64,000 bases of DNA from Candidatus Latescibacterota bacterium. Its GTDB lineage: Bacteria; Latescibacterota; UBA2968. The stretch spans positions 7,424,001-7,488,000 of the forward strand of contig OZ240241.1 in NCBI GenBank assembly GCA_965198115.1, given 5' to 3'. Positions 21,127 through 31,223 of the stretch are shown here, in pieces (the first letter of the stretch is position 1; the number at the start of each line of letters is the position of its first letter). The translations under genes and the position numbers were made by a program. A model generated the notes under the pieces. The model was not told where the DNA came from and searched no databases. It saw nothing but the letters and a program-made list of their open reading frames with translations.

Positions 21127-21924
21127 TCAGTAACGTTGATCGGCGACCCAGGCTTCCTTCGGGTGATCATCCCAACGCTTCCGAAGTACGCGTTCGTTCG
21201 GACAGAAGTCGCCGCGATGGCTGATGCCGCCGTGGGAGATGTTCATGTTGACGGCGATCTCGTCCCCGGCGGTGACCCAGTGGGGCGTCAGCAGTTGATT
21301 CCAGAGCAGGTCGCCGGGTTCCATTCGATACGTCAAAACGTCGTCGGGATCGATTTCGGGCGGCAATGTCCTCAGGTATTCTTGACGATTGTCCACGACG
21401 TGCTGGATCGGACCGTATTGAGACGGGTCCGCGAAACCGTTGAAGACTTTGACACCGTGGATCTGCCACGCGAGGACGTGTGACACGTCGACGTGATAAG
21501 TCGAGCTGCATCCCTTTCCGGAGATGAAGATGATGGGGTAGCAGCGCTGCCAGGTGAGCCCTGTGCTGGAAAGGAAAGTCCGCCACGGGATCATGACGTT
21601 CTTCTGAAATTCGTCGAGGAAGGACCCTTGACCGTAGAAGTTCTACAGGTGAAAATTCGCCAGGCTGAAGGGCATCTCGACAATATCTTCGATCGGGAGC
21701 GTCTTGAACTTTTCAACGAGATCGTCCCGCTCCGTTTCGTCCTCCACACCCAGAAACTGAATTCGACTGTCTTCATCTTTTCTGAGGATGTCGACGATTT
21801 CTTCTGTGTCGGGCAGATCGAGGTCGAAGGAGATCAGCTCTGGGCCGAGGAGGAAGTTCCGTGTGTCGCTCCAGTGCGACAGGAAATCGGCGGGTGTCCT
21901 GGCTGTAAATTGCATCTCTCGCAT
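21127..21924 (-). pseudogene. Cupin/JmjC-like hypothetical protein interrupted by an in-frame TAG (21643-21645)
   Basis: The two ORFs share a frame: ...ANFHL*NFYGQGSFLDEFQKNVMIPW... and carry HVD...PGDLLW...PHWV cupin-like ligands. Confidence 0.6.
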
Positions 21925-21931
21925 CGCTCGT

Positions 21932-22534
21932 TCAGGTCAAAAGACCCATCGTTCTCAAGCAATCACTCGCGCCCCGGGCGGTGACCACACGTTCGGATCG
22001 GATACCCGATTCTCGGGCGGCCGTGACGTTGAGCTCATTGTCGTCCAGAAACAGGATTCGTTCTGGGGACGTGCCGAGCTCCTGGATGACATTGTCGAAG
22101 CACTCGTGATCTGGTTTCAGTTTTCCGGTCTTGTGCGACGGGAAGTGACAGTCGAACCTCACACCCATCCCCATCTCATCCAAGAATCTGGGCCAGTGGC
22201 GTTCGTTCGTGTTGCTGAGTGTCCCCAGACGATAGCGACCGCGTAGAGCGTCGAGTAACGGTTCGGCTTCGGCGTAGGGTCCGTCTATCCACCCGTCGAA
22301 GGCTCTGATGATCTCTTCCGGCATCGCCGCCAGGTCGAATTCATCAACCAGGCGCTTGCTGAAATCATTCGCCGGGATCCTTCCCGCTTCGAAGTCACGG
22401 ACCGTGGGTGATTCCAACCACAATCGCCAAAGCTCGTCGACGCTGTGGCGATGTTCCGTCCAGGCCATCATCTGATCGACGCCGGTCAGTTCAACGAGCA
22501 CGCCTCCGACGTCGAACAGGATGACCTCGGTCAC
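21932..22534 (-). CDS. HAD-family phosphatase (YihX-like)
   Basis: FDVGGVL, LSNTN, KP, FLDDNELNV. Confidence 0.88.
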   Translation of the reverse strand: MTEVILFDVGGVLVELTGVDQMMAWTEHRHSVDELWRLWLESPTVRDFEAGRIPANDFSKRLVDEFDLAAMPEEIIRAFDGWIDGPYAEAEPLLDALRGRYRLGTLSNTNERHWPRFLDEMGMGVRFDCHFPSHKTGKLKPDHECFDNVIQELGTSPERILFLDDNELNVTAARESGIRSERVVTARGASDCLRTMGLLT

Positions 22535-23079
22535 GACCTGAGACCGGCTTCGAGGCAGGGCCGGAAGTGTTCGAAGTCGGGTGTTTCCATCGATGGGGCT
22601 TTCGCTCGCTCATCGTAGCGACGCACCTGGACCGCCTCTTCGTAGTATGCGTTCGAAGACTCAAAGGCCCTTGCCTGTTCCTCGGTAAGTGGGCCGCCTT
22701 GAAGTTCCAGACTTCGGACAGAGACCGGCGACAGTGTGCCGAAATAGTCGGGTTCGACGGCGCACAGATAGCGCTTTGCGGCGACGTGGAGACGGCCCGG
22801 TTCGGTGACGGCATCGACAAAGTGTTCCCTGAGCAGACGATAGCCGACGATCTCGTGTTTTCCGTCGCTGGACTGTTCAGGCGTGTCTTCCGACTCGTCG
22901 GCGACGTGCCCGTAGTCGTGAAGGAGCGCTGCGGCGACCAGTGTAGGCGGCTTTCCCTCCTGTTCGGCGAGCGCGGCTGCCTGGAGCGCGTGTTGGGATT
23001 GTGTCACAGCCTCGCCGCCATCGTAGAGGGCATCTCCATTCCTGCGGAACGAGTTGAAAACTTGATCTATGATGTTCAT
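22531..23079 (-). CDS. phnZ: HD-domain diiron oxygenase, PhnZ/TmpB-like
   Basis: Y.GEAVTQSQHALQAA, ALLHDYGH, HE..G, HVAAKRYLC, LSPVSVRSLELQGG, RRYDERAK. Confidence 0.8.
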   Translation of the reverse strand: MNIIDQVFNSFRRNGDALYDGGEAVTQSQHALQAAALAEQEGKPPTLVAAALLHDYGHVADESEDTPEQSSDGKHEIVGYRLLREHFVDAVTEPGRLHVAAKRYLCAVEPDYFGTLSPVSVRSLELQGGPLTEEQARAFESSNAYYEEAVQVRRYDERAKAPSMETPDFEHFRPCLEAGLRS

Positions 23080-23235
23080 ACGTTGGCGTCCGGTGAGAGT
23101 GGGTTGGTGAATATACGAGCCACAAATATAACATAGATGACGAGGCCGAGACAGATGTTGGCCAGGATGACGCAGAAGGTCGGCGAGTACGATAGAAATT
23201 CGAGGAGTTGTCCGGAACGGGCGAGTTCTTTCCGA

Positions 23236-24090
23236 TCAGCGAAATTCGATCTTCCAGAATTCCGAGAGCCGGATGGATGTTTCGATCTTCGCGTAGAAGG
23301 CACTGTGAGGGAAGGTGTTCAGAGTGGCTCGTTCGAGGGTCGCCACCCGCGTCGGATACCACGCATTCTCTGGACCGGTGTAGAAGATGACGTTGAGAAT
23401 CAGTTCGTGGCGTTTATCACGTTCCATCATCTTGGGCAGACCGAGCAGGCGCGCTGACAGTTCCGTCGGCCTGCCAGACACTTCATCGATCCACGTCGTT
23501 CCGTCCCACGTCCCGTTGTCGGTCGTCTGACGGTAGGTGTAGGCGACGAGGACTTGCGCGCCAATGACACGAGATCGGCCGTCGCGCTCCATCTTGATCC
23601 TTCTCTGATGGTTGGGATGGAAAGGGTTATACTCGGCGTTGCGGAGGCTGTAGTGATCGATCTGTTCGCCGAAGGTCTCTTTCAGCTCTTCGGTGATGTT
23701 GGTTCCGTTCGTCTCGGCATTGACGAGCTCGAGTTCGATGGCCCTGGTTTCGGACTGGGAAAAGACCACTGTGGTGCTGGACACGAGGTCCGGTTCGCCC
23801 CTGACGTTGAAGACCTCCCGTCGCTCGACCCATCTCCCGGGAACGAAGTCCCGGTTGGCCGTCGCGACGCCGATGGCTCGATCCCACAGGGCATCCGCTC
23901 TTGCCAGACCGGGTAGCACAAAGAGGGCTGCGGTGAAGAGGTGGACGGTAGACGGGTAGGAGCCGCCTCCGGCGGCGATGTGTTGCAGAGGACAGAAGAC
24001 AGAATCCAGGGGATGGAAACCAGAGGACAACTGACTGTCGGCAGCCTGGCGTGGGCGGTGGGCGGAATTGGCTTGGCGCAACGCCATCAT
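23236..24090 (-). CDS. Hypothetical, probably secreted protein (true start likely near 23950)
   Basis: Signal-like LFTAALFVLPGLARA followed by a beta-rich domain. Confidence 0.55.
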   Translation of the reverse strand: MMALRQANSAHRPRQAADSQLSSGFHPLDSVFCPLQHIAAGGGSYPSTVHLFTAALFVLPGLARADALWDRAIGVATANRDFVPGRWVERREVFNVRGEPDLVSSTTVVFSQSETRAIELELVNAETNGTNITEELKETFGEQIDHYSLRNAEYNPFHPNHQRRIKMERDGRSRVIGAQVLVAYTYRQTTDNGTWDGTTWIDEVSGRPTELSARLLGLPKMMERDKRHELILNVIFYTGPENAWYPTRVATLERATLNTFPHSAFYAKIETSIRLSEFWKIEFR

Positions 24091-24100
24091 TCGTGGGTCC

Positions 24101-24886
24101 TCATCCTTTGCTCCCGTAGATCACGGGGCAAATCTCCCCGTTGTCGATGAAGCGGGTTAGGCCCTTGCGTTCGTTCCCGACCGGACGGCTGTTCTGAGTC
24201 CGCAGGTGGATGGCGAAACTTCGCCGTGGCTGGCCGGAGTTGTTGGCCGTGCTACCGTGAAATGTAAGACAATGGTGGAGGCTGAGACCACCGGCCTTCA
24301 TCAATGCGGGCTCCTCGTTCCACGATTGATCATCGGGAATCCCGATGCCGCTCTTCACTGTGTCTACGTCCTGGCTGTGGAAATCGCTCGCCCCTTCGAA
24401 GAATCCCCATCGATGTGATCCGACAACGAAACGCATCGGTCCACAGTCGGTTTCCACATCGGACAGAGCCACCCAGGCTGTCAACAGTTCGCTGCCTTCT
24501 TCCCAGCTCCCCCAATAGTTTCGATCCTGATGCCAACCGATGTTGACTCTTGAGGTTGCCGAAGCCTCGATGGATGGCTTGTAGAGTAGCTGGACCCACC
24601 AGACCTGAATCCAAGACGCGGTCGTCGCCTCTGCGGCGAGACGTCCGATCTCCGGGTGTGTGACCAGGTCGAAAACGCCCTGACTGGCCTTTTGCGGTTG
24701 TTCGATCTTGCACAGCGTGTCGGGATCGTCCCCTGGATTCCACGGCGAGCCTTCCGGCGGCTGGCCGCGGTCGTATTCGCCTTCGCGGATCGCGTCCATC
24801 CCCTCGACTGCAGCTCTGACGACGTCCCGGGGGAAAACGGGATCGGCACAGATCGCGAAGCCGTTCCGGTCGTAGAAATCCTTCAT
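24101..24886 (-). CDS. PhyH-family dioxygenase
   Basis: LLYKP, GWHQDRNYW, WVALSD, HCLTFHGS..N..PRRS. Confidence 0.9.
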   Translation of the reverse strand: MKDFYDRNGFAICADPVFPRDVVRAAVEGMDAIREGEYDRGQPPEGSPWNPGDDPDTLCKIEQPQKASQGVFDLVTHPEIGRLAAEATTASWIQVWWVQLLYKPSIEASATSRVNIGWHQDRNYWGSWEEGSELLTAWVALSDVETDCGPMRFVVGSHRWGFFEGASDFHSQDVDTVKSGIGIPDDQSWNEEPALMKAGGLSLHHCLTFHGSTANNSGQPRRSFAIHLRTQNSRPVGNERKGLTRFIDNGEICPVIYGSKG

Positions 24887-24907
24887 GCTACCCTTAGTTA
24901 TCAGTCG

Positions 24908-25306
24908 CTATACCTCGTGTCGAGTCCCGCTGTCGTTTTCGTCCTCGTTAGCGACGATGTAGTAAATGAGATCGTCCGTGTCGCTCGCGTTGGCGATGCG
25001 ATGACGGGTGCCGGCTGGCTGAATAAAGCAGTCGCCGGGCCCGACCGTGACTTTCTCCCCGTTTCGGGTGACTTCGCCGTTACCCGAGACGACGATAAAA
25101 AGCTCCCACATACGCGAGTGTTCGTGAATCGGACACGGCTTGCACCCCGGCGGTACCCGCGTGAGCTCGACATCGAACGGGTGTGGTTCATCCTCGCTGT
25201 TGCCGAGCGCGACGGAGATATGTTGACGGTAGCGCTCGTAATTTCCCGATTCCCAGGACCATTGCTGGTGCTCGGTTGAGACATCGTTCAGGTTGGTTTT
25301 CCACAT
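24908..25306 (-). CDS. Cupin domain protein
   Basis: PIHEH..WELF, PGDC..PAGTRH. Confidence 0.8.
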   Translation of the reverse strand: MWKTNLNDVSTEHQQWSWESGNYERYRQHISVALGNSEDEPHPFDVELTRVPPGCKPCPIHEHSRMWELFIVVSGNGEVTRNGEKVTVGPGDCFIQPAGTRHRIANASDTDDLIYYIVANEDENDSGTRHEV

Positions 25307-25348
25307 CTGCTTGCTCCAGAGACGAATTCCGAGTTCCGAACGTGATGA

Positions 25349-26116
25349 CTACACGGGGTGCGTAACGATTTGGCCGTTGCGGGCGAGTGGAAGACCGGCG
25401 AAGGCGCATCGGTTTCCCCAGCAGTCGATGGCGTCTTTGGTTTTGTACTCGTTGATGATTTTGTGGCGGGAAACGTTGGTGTAGTTGTGTCCAGCTGTGT
25501 GAACGACCTGCACGTGGATGAACACGACGTCGCCCGGTTCAGCACAGATGGCGACTCCAGCATCATCGCCAACTTCAGCAGGGTCAATTGTGTGGCTGTC
25601 CTCGATTGTGGGCCACTCACTCCGTTTGTGACTACCCGGGATCACCGATGTTGCGCCTTCGTCGACACCCGTAGCGTCGAGGTAGGTGATGGCGGCAGCG
25701 AGTTCGGGCACGGTATGACGTTCGTAGGGCCAGTCCTGATGCCAGCTCTGGTCGTTGACGAAGCCGGGCGGGTTGTTCCTCACCTTGCCGTTGTGAAAGT
25801 CGATATCGGGCCCGAACAGATCGATCAGAACCTGGATGATTCGGGGATCGACAAACTGGTTGTACCAATAGTCGTTGGCGAGGGTCTGGTCCATAATCCC
25901 GCGGACGTTTCTGGGATTGTAGGGATCGATCTCGTAGCCCTCGGCCGGGTCCATAAAACTGTAACGAAGGGCGGCGGGACGTCCTTCGACGTTGGCGATC
26001 AGGTCGTGGAATTGCTCGCGCATCGATGCCATCGTCGGTTCGTCGTAGAAGCCGGGTAGGACGAGATAGCCGTTGTCGTCGAAGAAGGACTTCTGTTCGG
26101 GAGTCAATATCTTCAT
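25349..26116 (-). CDS. PhyH-family dioxygenase
   Basis: LTPEQKSFFDDNGY, WHQDWPY, IPGSH, HTAGHN. Confidence 0.9.
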   Translation of the reverse strand: MKILTPEQKSFFDDNGYLVLPGFYDEPTMASMREQFHDLIANVEGRPAALRYSFMDPAEGYEIDPYNPRNVRGIMDQTLANDYWYNQFVDPRIIQVLIDLFGPDIDFHNGKVRNNPPGFVNDQSWHQDWPYERHTVPELAAAITYLDATGVDEGATSVIPGSHKRSEWPTIEDSHTIDPAEVGDDAGVAICAEPGDVVFIHVQVVHTAGHNYTNVSRHKIINEYKTKDAIDCWGNRCAFAGLPLARNGQIVTHPV

Positions 26117-26120
26117 TCAG

Positions 26121-26165
26121 TGACCGTTGACCGTTGACCGTTGACAAGCGACCAGTGACCAGTGA
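26121..26165. repeat. Heptamer tandem repeat (TGACCGT/TGACCAG)n; related tract at 28425-28460
   Basis: tgaccgttgaccgttgaccgttgacaagcgaccagtgaccagtga, and cattgaccagtgacaaatgaccattgaccattgacc. Confidence 0.6.
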
Positions 26166-26178
26166 GGGACCGGCAATC

Positions 26179-27147
26179 TCATAGCCAGTTGGGTGGATCG
26201 ATCTTCAGGTCTCGGGCGATTTCCTCGAGCATTTCCTGATGATCGTCGGGAATGGGGATGCCCTCTGTTTCGCAAGCACGCTCGCGTCGCCACTCGAGGG
26301 TGCCGGGGAGCGCGGCCGTGTCGGTGCCGCCGATGGGTGGGAGCGTGAGGCTCTCGTCGATGATCTGGCGCGCACGTGTCTTGAAAACAGCCGCATCGCC
26401 GACTGTGTCCGGGTCGATGGTGACGAACACGAACCCTCGTGTCGCGGCTTTATAGGTACGTTCAGTTTCGGTGCCGGAGTCGCCGGCGAGCACGCCACCG
26501 ACGAGGGTGGAGATGAAGCGCATCCCGAGGCTGCCGAATACCGATTTCGCGAAGCCGGCGGCGATGGCAGTCTCGGCGGTGTCGCTTCGGCCGAATTGGT
26601 TGGCGTTCATATCCAGGACGAGTGGGGGCCCGCCGTCGTCGGACGGTACGGCCATACACATCGGCGGTGACTGCATTGTGTTCCACACCGTGGCATCGGG
26701 ATCGGTCGGTTTCGACCACGCTGTACCGCCGGCTACGCACCAGGAGATGAGACCGTGTGACAAGGCTCGACGGGCGTAGATACCCTCGCTACCGACGTGG
26801 CCGTGGTTACACGTAGACGCGACGGCGATACCGATAGCTTTGGCCTTTTCGCAGACGACGTCCACGCCCCGTGTGGCGACGAGATAGCCGGCGCCCCCGT
26901 CGCCGTCGAGGCGGATGCTGTGATCTGTTTGGCGTAAGATCCGGATGTCAGGCTCGAGATTGATGAGTCCGTCGCGGAATTCGCTCACGTATCGCCGGAG
27001 CTGCCGCGTGCCGTGGCTCTTGACGCCTCGCTTGTCGACGTCGACGAGGCATTGGGCGATGTGGGCAGCGTCCTCGGCACGGACGTCGACGGTTGTGAGG
27101 GCGTTGGTGGCCCAGGTGTGAAGGTCGGTCTCTTTTATGTGAGGCAT
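26179..27147 (-). CDS. Ldh_2 family oxidoreductase (malate/lactate/sulfolactate dehydrogenase type)
   Basis: DKRGVKSHG, LDGDGGAG, HGHVG, LVLDM, LPG. Confidence 0.85.
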   Translation of the reverse strand: MPHIKETDLHTWATNALTTVDVRAEDAAHIAQCLVDVDKRGVKSHGTRQLRRYVSEFRDGLINLEPDIRILRQTDHSIRLDGDGGAGYLVATRGVDVVCEKAKAIGIAVASTCNHGHVGSEGIYARRALSHGLISWCVAGGTAWSKPTDPDATVWNTMQSPPMCMAVPSDDGGPPLVLDMNANQFGRSDTAETAIAAGFAKSVFGSLGMRFISTLVGGVLAGDSGTETERTYKAATRGFVFVTIDPDTVGDAAVFKTRARQIIDESLTLPPIGGTDTAALPGTLEWRRERACETEGIPIPDDHQEMLEEIARDLKIDPPNWL

Positions 27148-27285
27148 TGGGTGCCTTCATAGCGCCCCCGTGCGGAGCCCTTCGACTCCGCTCAGGACAG
27201 GCACGGGGGCGAGCGGGTGTGGTCATCTACCTACCGGCCTGACAACCCCCATCCGAAAGAAGGCCGGTCGGGCAATGTCCGTCGC

Positions 27286-28422
27286 TCAATACAGCAAGTG
27301 CGCGCGATGATCGAAGCATCCATCTGAATCCAGGATGTCGACGATATCCCGATACGACTCACTGCGGTATGCGGCGACAGCGGGTCGGAATATGCGCAAG
27401 TAATCCTGGCGAGCAAAGGGTGTGATCTGCTGCCACGTCCACGATTCTTGTTCGAGTACGTATGGAACGAGCCAATCGAGAGCCCCGCGGATGCATCTGC
27501 CATCCTCGGTTTCGAACTGCCAGAGATCGATGTCGGTATGCTCGGCGAACCGGGCGAGAGAGACGAAAGCGCGCAGGTTGTAAACGCAATAGTGATTGGA
27601 TCGTGTGCGGGCGAGTTCGTGTGGCTGTCTTCCGTCAGGTTCGATCTGCTTCGCGATACGGTCGTCCCTTGCTTCCTTTGCGATGGCCCTGGTGATCCGG
27701 GGATCGCCCGTGTAGAGGGCGATCGCACTGACCTGCGTGTCATACCACGTGCCGTGGTTGTTCTTCGCCCTCGCTTCTCCTCTTCCGAGCTCACTGTGCA
27801 ACAGCCAGTCGCGATAGCTTTTCATCCACATCAGCATATCCGAGCGATCCATATCCGACATCGCCCCGGACACCTCGAGCAAACCGATAGCGTCCACCAG
27901 ACGGGCGTACGCGGTAGTACCGATGATGCCGACCGATCGGCCTTCGCTTCTACCAGGTACGGCCTGGCCATACTCGAGATGCGGATTCATCCGAGTTTCG
28001 GGATCGATGAACCACGTTCTGAGCAATCGGGTTGCGTGGCTCGCAGCCACTTCGTTGTCGAGGAAGAACCATCCGAGCGCGAGTGCTTCGATCGCCGAAC
28101 ACGTTGCCCGCATCCGGTCGGCATCGAACTGGGCTGCTTCAGGGTTGATCTCGCCATCGCGACGGACGTAGGGCAGGCCGTCCGCCGTGTCCGGGTCCGG
28201 CCACCAGTACGGTCCCTGGCTCATGAAATCGTGCTTGTCGCCGCTGGGCGGCACGACGGCCTTGTCCATTACCGAGACGGGTTGGAAGGCGAGAGCTGTT
28301 TCGACGTCGTCGCGGAGACGGTCGACGACGGGCACGAGAGAGGGATCGGCCGACAATGCGCGATGCTTGGCGTCCTGCATCGAGTCGTAGCGCCAGAGGA
28401 AGAGGCGGGGGGTGGAGCTCAA
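27286..28422 (-). CDS. Alginate lyase family (PL5-like) polysaccharide lyase
   Basis: PPSGDKHDF.S.GPYWWP, RDG..NP, MNPHLEYGQ, NNHGTWYD, ELARTRS.HY. Start uncertain. Confidence 0.88.
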   Translation of the reverse strand: MSSTPRLFLWRYDSMQDAKHRALSADPSLVPVVDRLRDDVETALAFQPVSVMDKAVVPPSGDKHDFMSQGPYWWPDPDTADGLPYVRRDGEINPEAAQFDADRMRATCSAIEALALGWFFLDNEVAASHATRLLRTWFIDPETRMNPHLEYGQAVPGRSEGRSVGIIGTTAYARLVDAIGLLEVSGAMSDMDRSDMLMWMKSYRDWLLHSELGRGEARAKNNHGTWYDTQVSAIALYTGDPRITRAIAKEARDDRIAKQIEPDGRQPHELARTRSNHYCVYNLRAFVSLARFAEHTDIDLWQFETEDGRCIRGALDWLVPYVLEQESWTWQQITPFARQDYLRIFRPAVAAYRSESYRDIVDILDSDGCFDHRAHLLY

Positions 28423-28564
28423 CTCATTGACCAGTGACAAATGACCATTGACCATTGACCAAGTCGTGGTGCGGGATCATTGGGAAACTCATAGCAAGGT
28501 GTCATTGCGAAGGGAGAAGCCAGTCACTCGTTCTCCCGGTCACCGAGTCTCCCGTTCAGGCTCT

Positions 28565-30067
28565 TTACGCTCCCCAGATTCGTGGCATTGGCAGTTCCTC
28601 TTTGCCCATTTCGGCGAAGAGGGTTCTGAGAACAAGATCCTGCTTGAGGTGTTGGGCGTCGGGATCGTTCCAAAGGTTATGGACCTCACCGGGGTCTTCC
28701 TGGAGATCGAAGAGCTCGCCGTAGTCGCGGTTGTAGTAGACGGTGAGCTTGTAACGGTCTTCGACGTAGGTCTTGACGTGAACCGTCGTGGGCTCGTGGC
28801 GGTTTTCCACGATGACGTGATCTCGCAATGTCTCCTGACGGCCGTACCAGACATCCGTCTGGTCGAGACCCGTCATCGTCATCGGGACGTCGATGCCGGC
28901 CGCGCTCAGGAACGAGGGCGCGAAGTCGACGAGAGATTGCAGTGATGTGGAGCGCTTGCCCTCGGGCACCTTGCCGGGTTGGCTGACGATGAGGGGGACG
29001 CGGATCATATCCTCGTAGTGGAAAGCGCCCTTGGCCTTGAGCCCGTGCTGACCGAAGAAGTGGCCGTGGTCTGACGTGAAGACGACGAGGGTGTTCTCGG
29101 CGAGCCCGAGTGCCTCGAGCTTGTCGAGGATCTGGCCGATCTGCTTGTCCATCAAGCTGATCATTCCATAGTAGCAGGCGATGTCCTTCGCAAGCTCGTC
29201 GCGATCGTGCAGGTGGGACGAGAAACCGTGCAGCCCTTTCCCGCTCTCTTTTAAAGCAGAGAAGTCCGGATTCTCGGTTTGTGTGAGCTGGAAGTGGGGC
29301 GGGTTGTTTTCGTGCTCGCCTTCGCTGATGCCGGGGACCGTGATGGAGCCCGGATCATACACCGTGTCCCACGGTTCGGGGACCAGATACTTGGGATGTG
29401 GATCGAAGAAGCTGGACCACAGGAAGAACGGCTCGTCGTTCCCGGCGTACTGGTCGAGGAGCGCGCAGGAGCGTTCGGCGATCCAGGTCCCATAGTGGTA
29501 TTTCTCGGGGATCAGCCACTTTCGCTTCTGGCTGTCGTTGTTGCCCGTCGGTGGACGGTAGTAATCACGCCAGTTATCGCACCCGTTTTCCTCGAGCCAG
29601 ATGGCATAGTGCTGGCCGACGTGGGCTTCGTCCGTGTGGTTGCGTGCGAGCTCCACGTGTTCGAACCCGTAGAAAGGCTCGTCGAACTGACGCCAGAAGT
29701 CGAGGTCCTGCATAATCGGATACGACTCGAGCGATGGGTATTCGTCGGTGCCGTGAAGGGGCTGAAAGTGGGCCTTGCCGACGAGGGTGGTTCGGTAGCC
29801 GGCGGCTTGAAAGTCTTCACCGACCGTGTGTTCGGATTCGTCGAGCTTGGTGCCAAGCGAATACGCACCGTGTTGGCTGGGATATTTGCCCGTGATGATG
29901 GACGCACGCGTGGGTGTACACGTCGGGTTTGGACAATATCCGCGCGTGAAGAGGGTGCCCCTCGCCGCGAGGCGATCGAGGTTGGGTGTCTCGATCTCTG
30001 GATTGAGGCAGCCGAGCGTGTTCCAGTGTTGCTGGTCGCTGGTGATCAGGAGGATGTTTGTGGGCAC
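28565..30067 (-). CDS. Sulfatase (formylglycine-dependent, S1)
   Basis: NILLITSDQ, CTPTRAS (CxPxR), GKAH, DPH, TSDHG, ELFDL..DPGE..NL. Confidence 0.93.
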   Translation of the reverse strand: MPTNILLITSDQQHWNTLGCLNPEIETPNLDRLAARGTLFTRGYCPNPTCTPTRASIITGKYPSQHGAYSLGTKLDESEHTVGEDFQAAGYRTTLVGKAHFQPLHGTDEYPSLESYPIMQDLDFWRQFDEPFYGFEHVELARNHTDEAHVGQHYAIWLEENGCDNWRDYYRPPTGNNDSQKRKWLIPEKYHYGTWIAERSCALLDQYAGNDEPFFLWSSFFDPHPKYLVPEPWDTVYDPGSITVPGISEGEHENNPPHFQLTQTENPDFSALKESGKGLHGFSSHLHDRDELAKDIACYYGMISLMDKQIGQILDKLEALGLAENTLVVFTSDHGHFFGQHGLKAKGAFHYEDMIRVPLIVSQPGKVPEGKRSTSLQSLVDFAPSFLSAAGIDVPMTMTGLDQTDVWYGRQETLRDHVIVENRHEPTTVHVKTYVEDRYKLTVYYNRDYGELFDLQEDPGEVHNLWNDPDAQHLKQDLVLRTLFAEMGKEELPMPRIWGA

Positions 30068-30284
30068 AGTGGTCGCCTGCTCGTCAGGAGTTGGGTGGAG
30101 ATAGGAACTGCAGGGGGGCAGGGAGCTGGGGGGTGCCGTCTTTCTCTCCCCTGCCCCCTGCCAATGTGGAGCCGAATATTGCAATCTGCGGTGCGAAAGC
30201 ACAAGTGAGCTGCAAGTTGTGGCACATTGATGTTCTGGGTAACATAGATCCTATGTATCGAATCACGCACGAGAGACAGGCGTT

Positions 30285-31223
30285 TTGAGCGAGCGAACGA
30301 TCATACTGCGAGCGACGTGTTCGATCGGGGTGACGGATTCGGAGGTTTTTGCTGATACGTTCGAGTCGCGTCTGGCACCGGTGCTTCTCGACCTCGGTCT
30401 GAGGTCAACCTCCGAGTCGGGACGAAAGACGATCCCTGGCACGTATGCTCGGCTCTTCGCGGCCGATGGGTCGAAAGTGCTGACCGAACTCAGAGCGTTA
30501 TTGGGTTCAAACGACGGCTTCAACGAGACCCTCCGTGATTTGGGATGGAATCTGGGCGTTGCCGGAGTCGACGGGTTGTTGCCGTTTCAGCTGGAGCTTT
30601 ACAGAGCCGACATCGGTCCTGGAGAGCGCACAAAACCGCAACTGGGGTCTCCCTGGACCACCTTCAACGCAGCCGATGGGCTCGGAAGCGGGTTCGTGAT
30701 GGGGATCCGGCGCGCCAGAGACGGGACGATGTGGATGGCGACTTTCGGCGGCGGGGTAACAAGCTACGACGGCCGGGCGTTCGAGATGCTGACCGAGCGC
30801 GACGGTCTCGCGAACGACCAGGTGCTGTGCGTTGTCCAGGATGCGAGCGGTCACTTCTGGTTCGGCACGGAAGACGGTCTGAGCCGATACAACGGACAGA
30901 CGTTCACGACGTATACGACGCAGGACGGGCTCAGCCACAATCGCATTCGGACCGTTTACCAGGATTCGACAGGACGCATCTGGATCGGGACCGAGGAAGG
31001 TCTTGATTACATCGAGGATGACGAGGTTCGAAACTCCGACCTGCTGTCCGAAGATCTGATCGGAACGCTCAGCATTTTCGAGGACAGCGGCGGGGCGCTG
31101 TGGTTCGGCACGTATCGCGGTCTCGTGAGATACGTCGAGGGATCGACGCGGACACTGTCCGTGGCGGACGGCTTGGCCGATCGTCGGGTGTGGTCCATCG
31201 CGGAGGACGAGGAAGGCCATATG
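30285..31223 (+). pseudogene. Two-component regulator propeller (beta-propeller sensor) protein truncated by an IS1380 remnant
   Basis: Repeated DGL...V..I.QD..G..WFGT blades. The repeats stop at DEEGHM exactly where the IS end CCTGAATC begins. Confidence 0.8.
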
